Source of the DNA: Chlorokybus atmophyticus
Lineage: Eukaryota; Plantae; Mesostigma and Chlorokybus algae
Assembly: GCA_009103225.1 (NCBI GenBank)
Contig: RHPI01000026.1
Coordinates: 147,578-211,577, forward strand
Direction: 5' to 3'
Length of the DNA stretch: 64,000 nt
Under the pieces are notes generated by a model. The model was given only the letters and a program-made list of their open reading frames with translations, searched no databases and was not told where the DNA came from. A program made the position numbers and the translations under genes. Shown here piece by piece: positions 1 to 11,498 of the stretch (positions are counted from its first letter, which is position 1; each line of letters starts with the position of its first letter).

Positions 1-23
1 CACCCCCCCACACACACACACAG

Positions 24-783
24 CATGCTGATACGTTTCACCATCCATGCAGGCGGTTACTATCATGCCATTCTATACAACGCCCCTGCCCCCGCGCAGC
101 TCGCAAAGCTTCAGGCGCTTGTCAACCAGCAAGGTGCTACGCTCAACAATAGGGTTAACCAGCAAGGCGCTATGCTCAACAATAGGATCAACCAGCAGGG
201 CGCAGCGCTGCAGGCTGCGAGCGCGCAAGTTGGCTCGCTGCAGGCGCTTGTTGACAGTTTCTACAATAATGGAACGCTCAAAGCCAACGGCCTGGACTTG
301 TACGCATATGATGATCCGGGCACGATCCGATACACCATTTCTGCTTTCAAAGGGGCGGATCAAAGCTTTTCTCCTAGTGTTTTCATCATAAGGGACATGA
401 TGGCCGCTGCCCGACAATTGGATTACCGGATTGCATACTGGACTGGCTCTATCGATCTGCAGAATGCAGCAGCTGCGGACGGTACATTTCCAGGTGCCAA
501 TCCTGTGCAGACATCAGTTGATGCCTGGAACATCGCATCCGGCGCCCAGCAGACGCTGACTTCCATCTACAATGGTGGAACGTTGACTGTTGCCGCAGTG
601 CACAGCACGAGCGGGGTATTTGCAGGGCTCGGAGAATCTTTTGCGATAGTCTGGGCTGATGGCTGTGTTACCACATACAGCCAAGGAGGCCAGGCAGGGG
701 GCATCAAAACTAGGACAGTGGGACCCCAATGTCCCATGCCTGAATTTCCTAACCCTGACATGCCTTACCCTGAATCGCCCTGA
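24..783 (+). CDS. Probable terminal exon of an unknown protein with coiled-coil-like NQQGA repeats
   Basis: 252-codon ORF preceded by a (CA)n tract and a CAG acceptor (21-23). Contains a 33-nt repeat (121-153, 154-186, partial 187-210) encoding VNQQGATLNNR / VNQQGAMLNNR / INQQGAAL. No family recognised. Confidence 0.55.
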
Positions 784-1206
784 TGTAGTGGTTACACCGA
801 CGTTAGGATACTAGTGTTCTCATTCCAATGTGCTCATCATCAGAGTTGAGATAGTCTCTACCAAAGGCAAGGATTTTGGGATTGTTACTTGTTTAGCAGA
901 TAGAATCTGGTAGCGTCGGACCCCTCAGGATTGATCGCTCCATTAGTGCATGCCTCTGACACGTTAAAATTCTCAAAGTATCAAGTGAGTATGCGAAAAC
1001 ATTGCACAACCTCTTGCACACTTGCACCCGTTACTCGCCTGTGTTTGCTGTTACACACCCAATATTTTGCAACCTCTCAAAATGTTAATGCATAGAGATC
1101 CATGGTTGATTACCATGTTGATTACACCCGCATACCCACGGGCGCAATCAAGCTACTCAGACTACCGGCATAAACTTGAGATGGAGTGGTAAGTACTCTG
1201 CGCCCA

Positions 1207-1490
1207 TCATAGATCAACAGAGTAAACAGCACTACAAAGAGTAACTTGACCTTGGAAACTCTTGGTCGTAGCGCCGTTCATGGCCACCGTGGTGTTGTTA
1301 ATTGCCGTCAATCCTTTGTCTATGGTGTCGGTCATGTCCGTCACCCTTTGGTTTACTGCGTCGACCTTCTCGTTCATGGTGGTCTTCAGTCGAACAGTAT
1401 TGGCATCGGTTGTGGTTGATGCGATCGAATACGTGATTGAACTTGGCATTGACCCAATCATAAGCATGCTCTTTTTCAGGCCTTGCCCCT
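1207..1490 (-). CDS. Hypothetical coiled-coil-like coding segment
   Basis: Open frame encoding LKTTMNEKVDAVNQRVTDMTDTIDKGLTAINNTT (heptad-like). A TTTTCAG acceptor-like site lies near 1490. No consistent full model could be built. Confidence 0.3.
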
Positions 1491-1893
1491 GAAAACGAAT
1501 GCTCTAAAAACCAGTAAAACAATTGCGCAAGTCTCAGTCACTGTTGTCCACCTGTGGCACTTGTGACTGTGGCCATCCTCCCGTTGGCGGATTGAAGGCG
1601 AGACGCACGCCGACTCGAGTGCCGTCGCAAAGCCGGGTCTCCCGCTGTAACAGCCGCCGCCGCCGCCACGCTTGCCGCCGCCATGCCCGCCAGTGTAGGA
1701 GCCGCACATCTCGGACCTTGAGGGCTTAAGCGGCGAAGGTAGATGGCGATATCGAGAATACATCTTGTATTATTTTTTGACATATTAAACCACGATTGAA
1801 CCCGACAATTCATGCACGCAATAAAGCTCAGTGCATTGCTGCAAGCATCAAGTAGCATGTCTTACACGACTGACACAATTTGTACGCGGGCGC

Positions 1894-2898
1894 CTAAATG
1901 TGGCCCGACACAGACGACGCGTACTGCCTGTAACTCCTGTACGCCTTCCAGCCGTCACCAACTCTCGCAAAGTGCAGCACGTAGCGCCTCTTGGGGTCAC
2001 TCTGGTGCACGACGCAGAGCACCGTGCCAACCGCCACCCAGCGCCTCGCCGTAAACGGATCGACGACCTTGCTAGACATGCGGAAGGCGTAGCACCCGCG
2101 GCGCTGCGCGGCTATTGCCAGGTCGAGGTCGTTAAAGGTGTTGATGACAGAGTCGCAGCGTCGCACGTCACGCGGGAGAAGTTCAGCGGTGGCCCCCCTG
2201 ACGTACCCACACCTCCCGGGGTTGCCGCACGTGCCAAGCGCTTTCGTAAGCGAGTGGGCATCTTGTGGGACCCCTGGAGATGAAAACGTATCAGAAAGTG
2301 GCGACCACAGACACGCATGAACGGCATGACATGCCTCGTCGGCCGGAGCCCCCCTCGTGTCACCAATCGGCAGCGACATGGGGTCGGGCCACAGAGAAGC
2401 CTGTGCCGGAGCCGCTTCATCTGGCGACAGTGCGGGTTCTGTTGTTTGTTGTTGGGGCGGGACAGTTATCGCCGTCTCGCCCTTGTTGCCATGCTCACCC
2501 TGAAGGCACGGCATTGATGTGGGACAAGCTCCTCTCTGCATGTACGAATCGTGCATGAATGATCTACTTGCTTCAAACCCCGAAGGTTGTTTGGGGCTAT
2601 CGATCGGCAGGTCTCCTCGTTCGACGGATATAGGCAGAGCCTGTCCGCAGTCTCCAGGGAGCTCCTGTGGTGGTATGGTGCTCGGACACTGCACTGCCTG
2701 CACGACGGAGACCGCCTTTGCAGCCGCCGTCTCGATTGTCTCCTCGCCTCTGGTACTCGACCTCCGCCTCGGCGGGCACAGCTGGGGTTTGTTGTGCCAA
2801 TGCGCGTCCCCCGAAAGAACAACGACTGGCTGATAGCCATCCCAATCGACCACGTCATCCAGCGATCCGTGCGCGTTGGCGCGCGAACGTACCACTCT
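1894..2898 (-). pseudogene. Intronless ORF truncated at its 5' side by the LTR retrotransposon insertion
   Basis: About 330 open codons run up to the ACTCT target site. The same frame resumes beyond the other TSD copy (9875-9946). Confidence 0.45.
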
Positions 2899-3425
2899 TG
2901 TAACAAATGCCGGCGTCGCCGCCGACAACCCTTCAATCCTCTACCCCAACACCCACACCGCCTATGACAAGCCTTTCAACGGCATGGCCGCCACTGAGCA
3001 GAGAACCGAAAATCCCCACATCAGATTGATGTGACCTTTTATATCAAGAGTACATCAACTATATACCTCTCGATAACTAACTCACAACTAGACATCGACC
3101 CTACAGATAGGGTAGTTAGGAAATCTAGCGTGAGCGAATCACAGCTCAGATAAGGTACCTATCGATAAGGTACCTATCCAAAGATACCTATCGTAAGGTA
3201 CCTAACGAGATAGTGATCACATTATATCAAATGTGACATTAAATAGGCTTGAATAAGCGATTCTACACCCATTGGGACTTATTTAAGCTATGATAAAGCA
3301 TCATAGCCATTAATAAGCGAGGAACCGTAGAAAAGAGGTATAAATAAGCATATTTAAATGCTTATTCATACAAAATGTGTTATTTAGGTAGCAATAATAC
3401 CCCTATTATTATTGCTCCCGTTACA
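2899..3425 (-). repeat. 3' LTR (527 bp)
   Basis: Direct repeat of 9424-9869. Carries about 81 extra bp that include tandem GATAAGGTACCTATC copies. Confidence 0.95.
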
Positions 3426-3436
3426 TTCCCCCCCAC
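3426..3436 (-). promoter_or_regulatory. Polypurine tract
   Basis: Minus strand reads TGGGGGGGGAA immediately before the 3' LTR. Confidence 0.85.
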
Positions 3437-3572
3437 TTAGGTTTTCAACGTCCTCGTTGAACTTCAGTTGATCAGGCTTGATTTCGAGTAATTGTAACCA
3501 GTGAGATAGCAGGAAATGAAAGGGTGGTAATGAAATTGCACTGCCAGTCTGTCATAAAACCAAGCCCACGGT

Positions 3573-6500
3573 TTATGGGACAGGACATGAATCCCAATAA
3601 GCTAAAAGCAACTCGCGGCAGTGCGTAAGATGCCTGTCGGGCTCCCAACTGTTATGTTCCGGGCCATACCCTTTCCATTTCACCAAATAGCGAGTTGCGC
3701 GTCCTCGACTATTTAGCCGATGGTTTAATATAGCTTCCACCTCGTATTCGAGCTCGCTGTCCACCTCAACTGGCGGTGGTGGAGGCTGTGTTCTACCGTC
3801 TGAGCGGTAAGGTTTCAACAAGTTTACATGGAACACGTTGTGTATACGCACACTTGGGGGCAATTGCAGTCGATAAGCGTGCGTACCAACTCTATCAATG
3901 ATAGAGAATAGACCTAACCATCGGGGCAGCAGCTTGCGAGCACCCGTACCTTTGATGGTTATGTTCTTTGCGTTAAGCAAAACGTAATCGCCGACATCGA
4001 AAGTGGCCATTTTTTGATGTGTATCAGCATAAGCTTTTTGCCTGTCCTGTGCTTCTGATAGACACAGCTTGGCTCGATCCAAATTTTCTTGCATATCAGT
4101 GGCAAATTCCTTTGCCGCTGGTACAGTCAGGGCATTGCGAGGTACACGCAACGACGCTGGTGTGTTCGGGCGAATCCCATAATTCAAGAAAAATGGGGTT
4201 TCCTTTACACTTTCCTGCCACGCGTTGTTCACAGCGAACTCTGCCATTGGCAAGTACGTGTCCCAATCAGCATGATTAGGAGCCACATAGTGGCGAAGCA
4301 TTTCTTCCAGTATTTGATTTGCTCGCTCAGTTTGACCGTCCGTTTGCGGGTGGAAAGCAGTCGACATGCTTTGTTTTACCCCCAACAATTCACAGACTTC
4401 TCGCCAAAACTTGGAGACAAACCGAGGATCACGATCTTTGACAAGTTCACGCGATACACCGTGAACGAGAAAGACCGTGGACACAAATAAGTGTGCCAAG
4501 TCCCGTGCACTTACAGTTGTGCAACACGGGGCAAAATGCACCATTTTAGTCAAACGGTCGACAAAAACCACAATAGCAGTGTAATTAGCTGCTGTTTCAG
4601 GTAGGTCAGTAATCAAATCCATACTGACACTATCCCACTTTTGTTCTGGAATTGCCAATGGTTTAAGCAATCCCGCTTGTTTTTGTCGTAGTGGCTTATT
4701 ACGTTGACACACATCACATGTGCGAACATATTGATCCACGTCAGCTGACATTGACGGCCACCAGTATAACTGTTGCGCAGATTTGAGTGTTTTGTGTTTC
4801 CCCAAATGCCCAGCATACGGCGGGTCATGCACTGAATGTAAGCATTGCTTACGCAAGTCGCCCGAGTTGGGAATTGCCAACTGCTCCCGTTTATACCACA
4901 GATTGCTAATAGCAGTAAGCTGTTGCAAGTTGGTTTGACTGCTAAACTAATCATCTGAGTTATAACCTGTGGACACTTCCTTTAAGAAAGGATCTTCAGG
5001 CTGTTGTACATTACGCGTACTTCGAGAGCGCGTAAGTGCCAAAAGAGCAGGGCTGCAACTTAGTGGATCCGCCACGTAAGTGCGACCCGGACGGTATTGC
5101 CAAGTGAAAGTGAAACGAGAAATGAATTCATTCCACCTAGCTTGCCGCCTCAACAGATTTTGTTGCGTATGAAAGAATGTGAGCGGTTTGTGATCAGTTA
5201 TTACTGAAAACTCCACCCCTTCCAAGTAGCAACGCCATGTGCGCAGCGCGTGCACCACCCCGAGCAATTCCTGCTCAGTGGTTGTGTAATTACGTTCAGC
5301 AGGAATGAACTTTCTGCTTTCATATGCACATGGTCTGTCATCCTGTAGAAGGACTGCCTCACACCCAATGGTGGAAGCGTCACTGATCACCACAAAAGGC
5401 TTGGTGTGGTCGGGGAAGGCTAACACAGGGGCTTGTGTTAATGCATCTTTAATGCGTGTAAAAGCAACCTCCTGTGCCTCCGTCCATACAAATTTAACAT
5501 CTTTTCTTAGTAAAGATGTTAAAGGATTTGCCATGCCAGAATATGCTCGCATGAACTTGCGGAAATAATTGGCTAGCCCCAAGAAAGCACGTAACTGATG
5601 TACATCCTTGGGTGGTGGCCAATCCTTTACCGCACACACCTTTTGAGGATCTGGTTTCAATCCTTCTTTATCAATTACATGCCCTAAAAAGGGTAGTTCA
5701 TCCTTTGCAAAGTTGCATTTGGACAGGTTGGCATAGAATTTGTGTTCGCGTAACTTAGCTAGAACCAATTCCACATGCCTGTGGTGGTCCTCCCGGGTTT
5801 TGCTGAACACAATAATGTCGTCTAGATATACCAGTACAAACTTGTACAATTCATCAGCAAATACCGCGTTCATTGCTGTCTGAAATGTAGCCGGTGCGTT
5901 TGTTAACCCAAATGGTAACATGGTAACACTTTATACTCAAAGTGTCCTAGTGGGGTGCGAAATGCAGTTTTTTGTATATCCGACGTGTGGATTTTGATTT
6001 GATGATAACCACTGGTCAAATCCAGCGTGCTGAACACTGTTGCACCTGACAGCTTATCAAACAATTCATCAATCCGAGGCAAAGGATATCTGTTTTTCAC
6101 AGTTACCTTGTTCAACGCAGGGTAATCAATACACATGCGTAGCTTGCCACTCTTTTTGGGCACAAACAAAATTGGTGCACAAAAAGGAGATATGCTCTTT
6201 GTTATTCAACCTTTGTCCAATAACTCTTTGAGCTGTTTTTCCATCTCCGCGTGTTCTAAGGGACTTAGCCTGTATATAGGCCGCCAAGGTGGCTTTGCCC
6301 CCTCTTCTAACGGAATGGTATGATGTATGTTTCGATCGGGAGGCAACTCTGGGAGTTCATCCTGAAATACATCTTCGTATTGTTCCGTAAGTGACTGCAC
6401 CACAGGGTCACTGATAGCATGTTCAGCAGGTGTTTCCACCTGTCGTAAGTGCAGTAAGTATACTTCCTCACGTTTACGCATGCAACGTTTCAATTGCATA

Positions 6501-6880
6501 GCAGAGAGGAGCGGAACATTATCGCGAGGTATACGTGCGAGTACAGATGCTGTTAAAGTCATCCTATGTTTCCCTTTACGAAGGGTGCACGTATTGGCTT
6601 AAGAGTCTAATTGTAAACCTGCTTCAGTGTGCCATTGTTCCCCTAAAACAACATCCACCCCGGGGATACCAATATCCACCACGATAAAGGCTGGTCGGGT
6701 TTTATGGCCATTAATAACAAAACGCCCTTTTACCTCTCCCATTGCATTGAGAGTGGAACCAGCAGCACGTACATACGACGTGACTGGTGTGAAAGGAATG
6801 TTATTACGTTTCACCCAAGCATGCTCAACAAAGTTATGGTTTGCACCAGTATCAATCAATGCTGTACATGGTGTACCCAT
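3573..6880 (-). pseudogene. pol: pol: protease-RT-RNase H-integrase-chromodomain, disrupted
   Basis: ORFs 6599-6880, 6206-6562 and 5903-6169 share one frame separated by stops. An 8-bp tandem duplication (TGGTAACA x2, 5913-5928) shifts the frame at KVLPFGL. A stop at 4947-4949 separates RH from IN. Confidence 0.93.
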
Positions 6881-6889
6881 AAGTTGACT

Positions 6890-7207
6890 CTAAAATCTCC
6901 ATTTGAGTGGCAATGAGTGACCATCAAATGTAGCTAGTGTCGGAGTGCCGTGATTGGTAGCAGACTTGATAAAGATCACTTGCAACGGTGAAGCTCCTGT
7001 ATCTTTGCGTGAGAGTTGCATGATTACTTCTCCCCCTTTCAACAATCGCGACCACGGGCCATGATATCGAGGGATAACTACACATGCAGTGACAGCATGT
7101 TGTAATTGCAACTCGTGTAAGTGCTTAACAGCAGTTACTAATTCAGAGAATGGAACATTCATAAAACACAACCGTTTGCATTTGTCAACACAGGTGGTGT
7201 GCTCATA
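6890..7207 (-). pseudogene. Degenerate N6-adenine methyltransferase-like segment upstream of the protease
   Basis: LCFMNVPFSELVTAVKHL...ACVVIPRYHGPWSRLL resembles the NPPF...LIxPxW...PW pattern of Dam-like MTases. It is in frame with the protease, separated by a single TAG at 6890-6892. Confidence 0.5.
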
Positions 7208-7311
7208 TCAGTCCATACATCTGATACATCACAAAGAGAGGAAACGTCATCAAGAAGTACAGAGTTTTTAAAGTCGTTCTGCTCGACTAAGCTACCAACC
7301 ACGGACAATTC

Positions 7312-8490
7312 CTATTTCTTGTCTCTCTGCTGCTTAGCCTTCTGTGCATTCTGTTTTGCATAGCACTTAGCCTCCCCATGTCTTCTTGCGGAAACTGCAG
7401 TGATGATGGATTTGGCCGCGTTGTAGGGGCTAGCAGGATGAGATGTTTTCGCCTTTTTCACAAAAGGTTTACTATCAGTGGCCGGGCGCTTTGCAGCTAA
7501 AACCGGGGCTGCCTCTGTTGCCGTGGTTTGCATGTTTGCGTGAGAACGCTTTACACTGTCCACAGCAGCAACCATCTGCATCAGCATTGGTAAATCCGTC
7601 GAGGCCCACTCTTGCAAACTCGCGGGGTTGACGGCCACATGCTGCACGAGATTTGTGTCCAAGCCACGCCTGAACATATCCAGCTGATCAACATCACTGA
7701 TAGGTAGTTTGCCAGCATTGATCTTGCTGACAAACGATTGAAAATCCTGGATATACTGCTGAACCGGACGCCCGTTCTGATGCAAGTTGTGCAGCTGGTT
7801 GCGAGCAACCTGGGCAGGATCTGCGCCACCATCATGGTATGATAGCGCTGCTCCATGAAAGAGCACAACTGATTTACTTCCCGCCCGAGGTTTGTATCCC
7901 GTTGCTTACGGCGGTACCACTCTGCCAGAGCATTGTTTGGGATCAGCAACTCAGCTACACGCAATTTCCCCTCCTCAGAAATGTGAAGGGAGTTGACATA
8001 GTGTCGCAGCTTCACAAGCCAGTCGAAGATGGCCGCTTGCTTGTTGGGAATAATCTCGGCAGGACGAGCAAGAGCTTGAACAGGTGCACCATTATCAGAA
8101 CGTTGAAGACGCTCGATCATGTTCAAAACACGTTTGCCTTCACCCATCTGCCCCTCCCAATCTCGCCCCATAAAGGTGGTGAGCTTTGAAACTTTTTCTG
8201 CCAAAAGGAAGAGAAAGTTCACGAGTGAGAATTGCCTCACGAGGGTCCTGATCATAGGTGCTAAGGAAATGCTCCATCAAGTCCTGCTGTATCATGCGAA
8301 TAGAAAACTCAGGGAATATAGAAGGTAATCTATCATCCACTGAAGCTTCCGCAGCTTTGGCAGCTTGAGACTCATCAGGTGCATCATCCGGATTCGGAAT
8401 ATCTTCCATGGATAGAAATTCCTCCTCACGGGAAGGTTGCTCTTTTTCCGAGCTCTCCCCTTTTGAGGTGGGCACCGAGTTTTCTTCCAT
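7312..8490 (-). pseudogene. gag: gag, frameshifted
   Basis: Overlapping ORFs 8140-8490, 7581-8255 and 7312-7866. Capsid-like LHNLHQNGRPVQQYIQDF...DQLDMFRRGL and a degenerate zinc knuckle (RRHGEAKC). Confidence 0.8.
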
Positions 8491-8689
8491 TTGTCTGCGA
8501 AACAGGCAGAATGGGATAGTGAGAACCTCACCAATGGACCAGGTTCAACGAGAGGATCAAAATGACCCCAAGTTGTAAAAGTCCCAAACAGAGTTCAAAC
8601 CAGTCCCAAAATAGGAAAAGTTGGATCTGGAGTGTCACCAAACAGAACAAGTCTGAGAGGGACCAGAATGTCCTAACCTTGTGTTGTCC

Positions 8690-9150
8690 TCAACCAAGTC
8701 CCAGTCTCCAGGCCGAAGCCCGAGGGGGAGGGTTTCAGACTAACAGGGTTTGGGAACAGATTGTCCTAGAACCTCCCCACAACTGTTCTAACCAAGTCCC
8801 GATCTCCAGGTCGAAGCCAGAGGGGGAGGGTTTGGGAATAGTTTGGTTTGGAACTTACGAACCCGGGTCAAGCGACTCGGCAAAGCCGCTGGCAGGTCAC
8901 AGGTACGTCACAGGCATGCAACAGGCAAGCCACAGGCATGCAACAGGCAAGCCGTACGGTGACTAACTGTGACATGCACTGGCAAGCACAATGACAAGCA
9001 ATCACCGAATGCAATGACAGGCAATCACTGCAAGCAATGATAGTGCACTAAGTGTGACAAACAGTGATGGCACACTAGCAAGCCGCAATCACCGCATGCA
9101 ATGACAGGCAATCACTGCAAGCAATGATAGTGCATTGGCAAGTCACTGTG
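8690..9150. repeat. Short tandem and direct repeats in the retroelement 5' leader
   Basis: CAGGCATGCAACAGGCAAGCC x2 (~8922-8964). CAATCACCG.ATGCAATGACAGGCAATCACTGCAAGCAATGATAGTGCA at ~9000 and ~9087. CTCCAGG.CGAAGCC.GAGGGGGAGGGTTT at ~8706 and ~8804. Confidence 0.75.
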
Positions 9151-9408
9151 TGTAAAAGTACACACGTGCACCTAGCAAGCACCTGGCAAGCAGCTGACAT
9201 GCAGGCAAGCAGGCAAGTCACCGACGTGTGTGATGGTACCTCACACGTGGAGAGGCCGCCTCTTTGATAGGTGGCTTCAACGTGGAGGTAGCGCAGGGAA
9301 GCGAACTTGAAGCTTGGGCTGCGTGGACAAATAAGAGGTCGCCGCCGACGCCTTTTGATTGGCCGAAAGCAGGTCGCCGCCCCCTATAAGTACCCACGTT
9401 ACCCCCCA

Positions 9409-9422
9409 GCTCCTGGATACCA
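9409..9422 (-). promoter_or_regulatory. Primer-binding site, initiator tRNA-Met-like
   Basis: Minus strand TGGTATCCAGGAGC 1 nt inside the 5' LTR, similar to the canonical TGGTATCAGAGC. Confidence 0.8.
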
Positions 9423-9423
9423 A

Positions 9424-9869
9424 TGTAACAGATGCCGGCGTCGCCGCCGACAACCCTTCAATCCTCTACCCCAACACCCACACCGCCTATGACAAGCCTT
9501 TCAACGGCGTGGCCGCCACTGAGCAGAGAACTGAAAATCCCCATATCAGATTGATGTGACCTTTTATATCAAGAGTATATCAGCTATATACCTCTCGATA
9601 ACTAACTCACAACTAGACATCGACTCTACACCTATCGTAAGATACCTAACGAGATAGTGATCACATTATATCAAATGTGACACTAAATAGGCTTGAATAA
9701 GCGGTTCTACACCCATTGGGACTTAGTTAAGCTATGATAAAGCATCATAGCCTTGAATAAGCGAGGAACCGTAGAAAAGAGGTATAAATAAGCATATTTA
9801 CATACGTATTCATGCAAAATGTGTTCTTTAGGTAGCAATAATACCCCTACTATTATTGCTCCCGTTACA
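9424..9869 (-). repeat. 5' LTR (446 bp)
   Basis: TGTAAC...GTTACA. About 19 substitutions relative to the 3' LTR by eye, mostly transitions. Confidence 0.95.
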
Positions 9870-10161
9870 ACTCTTTTTATGTTCGCACTGCTTTGACACT
9901 GGTGGATCAATGGCCCCGTCACAGGATGGAGGGTCAGAAGTGGCGCTCACGACAATAGTTTCTTGGCCGTTGGCAAACTCATTATCTTTCAACAGAGGCA
10001 GTTTCCAGTGAGCATAATAGAGAACCCGTCATCGGGGTCCGTTCACACGCAATATCTTTCAACAATGACCGTGGCCAGTGGCATCTTCTTATTTCAAATG
10101 CAGCACCTGAGCGTTCAAATCAAGCCATTACGCCTAGGATAGCTAGCGTTCCGTGCCAAAC

Positions 10162-11460
10162 CTATTCGGTGTAATCGCACTGTTCAATCAACAAGCGCTG
10201 GTTATGCACGAGCAGCCGCGATACCATCCTTGTCGTGCCCTTCAGCAACGCGACGCTGGTCGCCGGCTCGATCCAACCCAGGCCGTTGAGGGATGCGTTC
10301 CTGGCATAACGTTGTGCCATGCACTCGACCGCATCCCTCAGCGATGCCGCGGCTGCGAAATGCGCGACACTGCCGCCGGCACGTCTGATGCCAAACATGT
10401 GCCACAACGCAAAGGCGGGCTGCTTGGCGAGCTCGCGGAGGCTCTCATCACCGGTCATTCAGCCGTCGGCGATGGGCTGCTGCAGCGTGCCGTTCCGCGG
10501 ATGATGTCTCCCGAGAACCACTGAGCAACTCTCATGTACTTCAGCTTTTCACAAGTCACGTTCATAAGGATCGGACCGTCTCCGATGATCTCCAATCTGC
10601 ATAGCGGCACGTTATTGAAGTTGGCTTCTGCAATGTGAGCGTCTCGGACGTCGATAATGACGCTGTTAAGCGTTTGCTGCTTGAACTGCAAAACGAAGTT
10701 TTCTTTGTCCAACACCTGACTGGCTGCAAACCGGTAATGAAAAGTCCGCAGCCCTGGGGCAAGGACGGTCGACGGCATCAACCATGTATCGTGTCTCCCG
10801 TCATTGCTCTACATCTGTTCGTCCCAAGCCACCCCATTGACGACGATGATTTCGAGGCGCGGGCAGCAGGGCGTATCGTCTTTGGCAAATAGAGACAGCC
10901 AAAGCGATCCCCTCTCCGTCTTCACGACGCGCCCATTACCGGTGATGACGAGAGTTCGCACGTTTGTCACGGCTTCGGCATCCTTCTGCAGCCGCTCGAA
11001 CCCCTCGACGTCCACGATTTGCGCCAAACGCGGTGTTGGTCGACCAACCCGGGACTGGTCACCGACCAAAAGCATACCTGCAGCATGGCTGGTGCTATCC
11101 GACACCGAAGATGCCTTCGTCGCGCCGCCTCTTACAACAACAAGCAAATGCCCGATTGTTAAACGTCTTAATCGGGCAAGTCATCGGATCGTTTGCGCAG
11201 CGCGAGTGTTTGACCAGCGCCCGTAGACAGCGCTAGTCCCGCATTGGACCCTAAGACGGCGCCGGTCGCCAGTATTCCATTTGGCACCCAACACGGGTGC
11301 ACGAGTGCCTGTATGACGTGATCGTGACGGAAACGAGCGGTCCACAAAACTCTTGCGCTAAGACCGGCACGTCGTTGATGCTTGCAAAAGGGACGCGTCT
11401 GACGGACTTCAATCCACACGATACACCCATGTAAGGTGTAAAATGGAACACCCAGTGCAT
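10162..11460 (-). pseudogene. Decayed intronless ORF with an LRR-like middle and a weakly ankyrin-like C-terminus
   Basis: ORFs 10809-11147 and 10455-10781 are one frame split by a single TAG, and the frame extends upstream through a TGA. Fragments 11251-11460 and 10162-10458 join by frameshifts. LRR-like words: NVRTLVITG, RLEIIVV, GLRTFHY, LCRLEII. Confidence 0.5.
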
Positions 11461-11498
11461 CTTATTTTCTCGTACACGATTGAACAAAATTGTATTCA

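Larger units (their letters stand above)
2899..9869 (-). mobile_element. Complete Ty3/gypsy (chromovirus) LTR retrotransposon, inactivated
   Basis: Two LTRs bounded by TGTAAC...GTTACA, and a 5-bp TSD ACTCT at 2894-2898 and 9870-9874. Domain order is gag, protease (LIDTGA), RT ([17 protein letters not shown]), RNase H (DAS...TDH), integrase (H-H-C-C, D,D35E region) and chromodomain (YEVEAIL...YLVKWKGY...WEP). Several in-frame stops and frameshifts. Confidence 0.97.
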
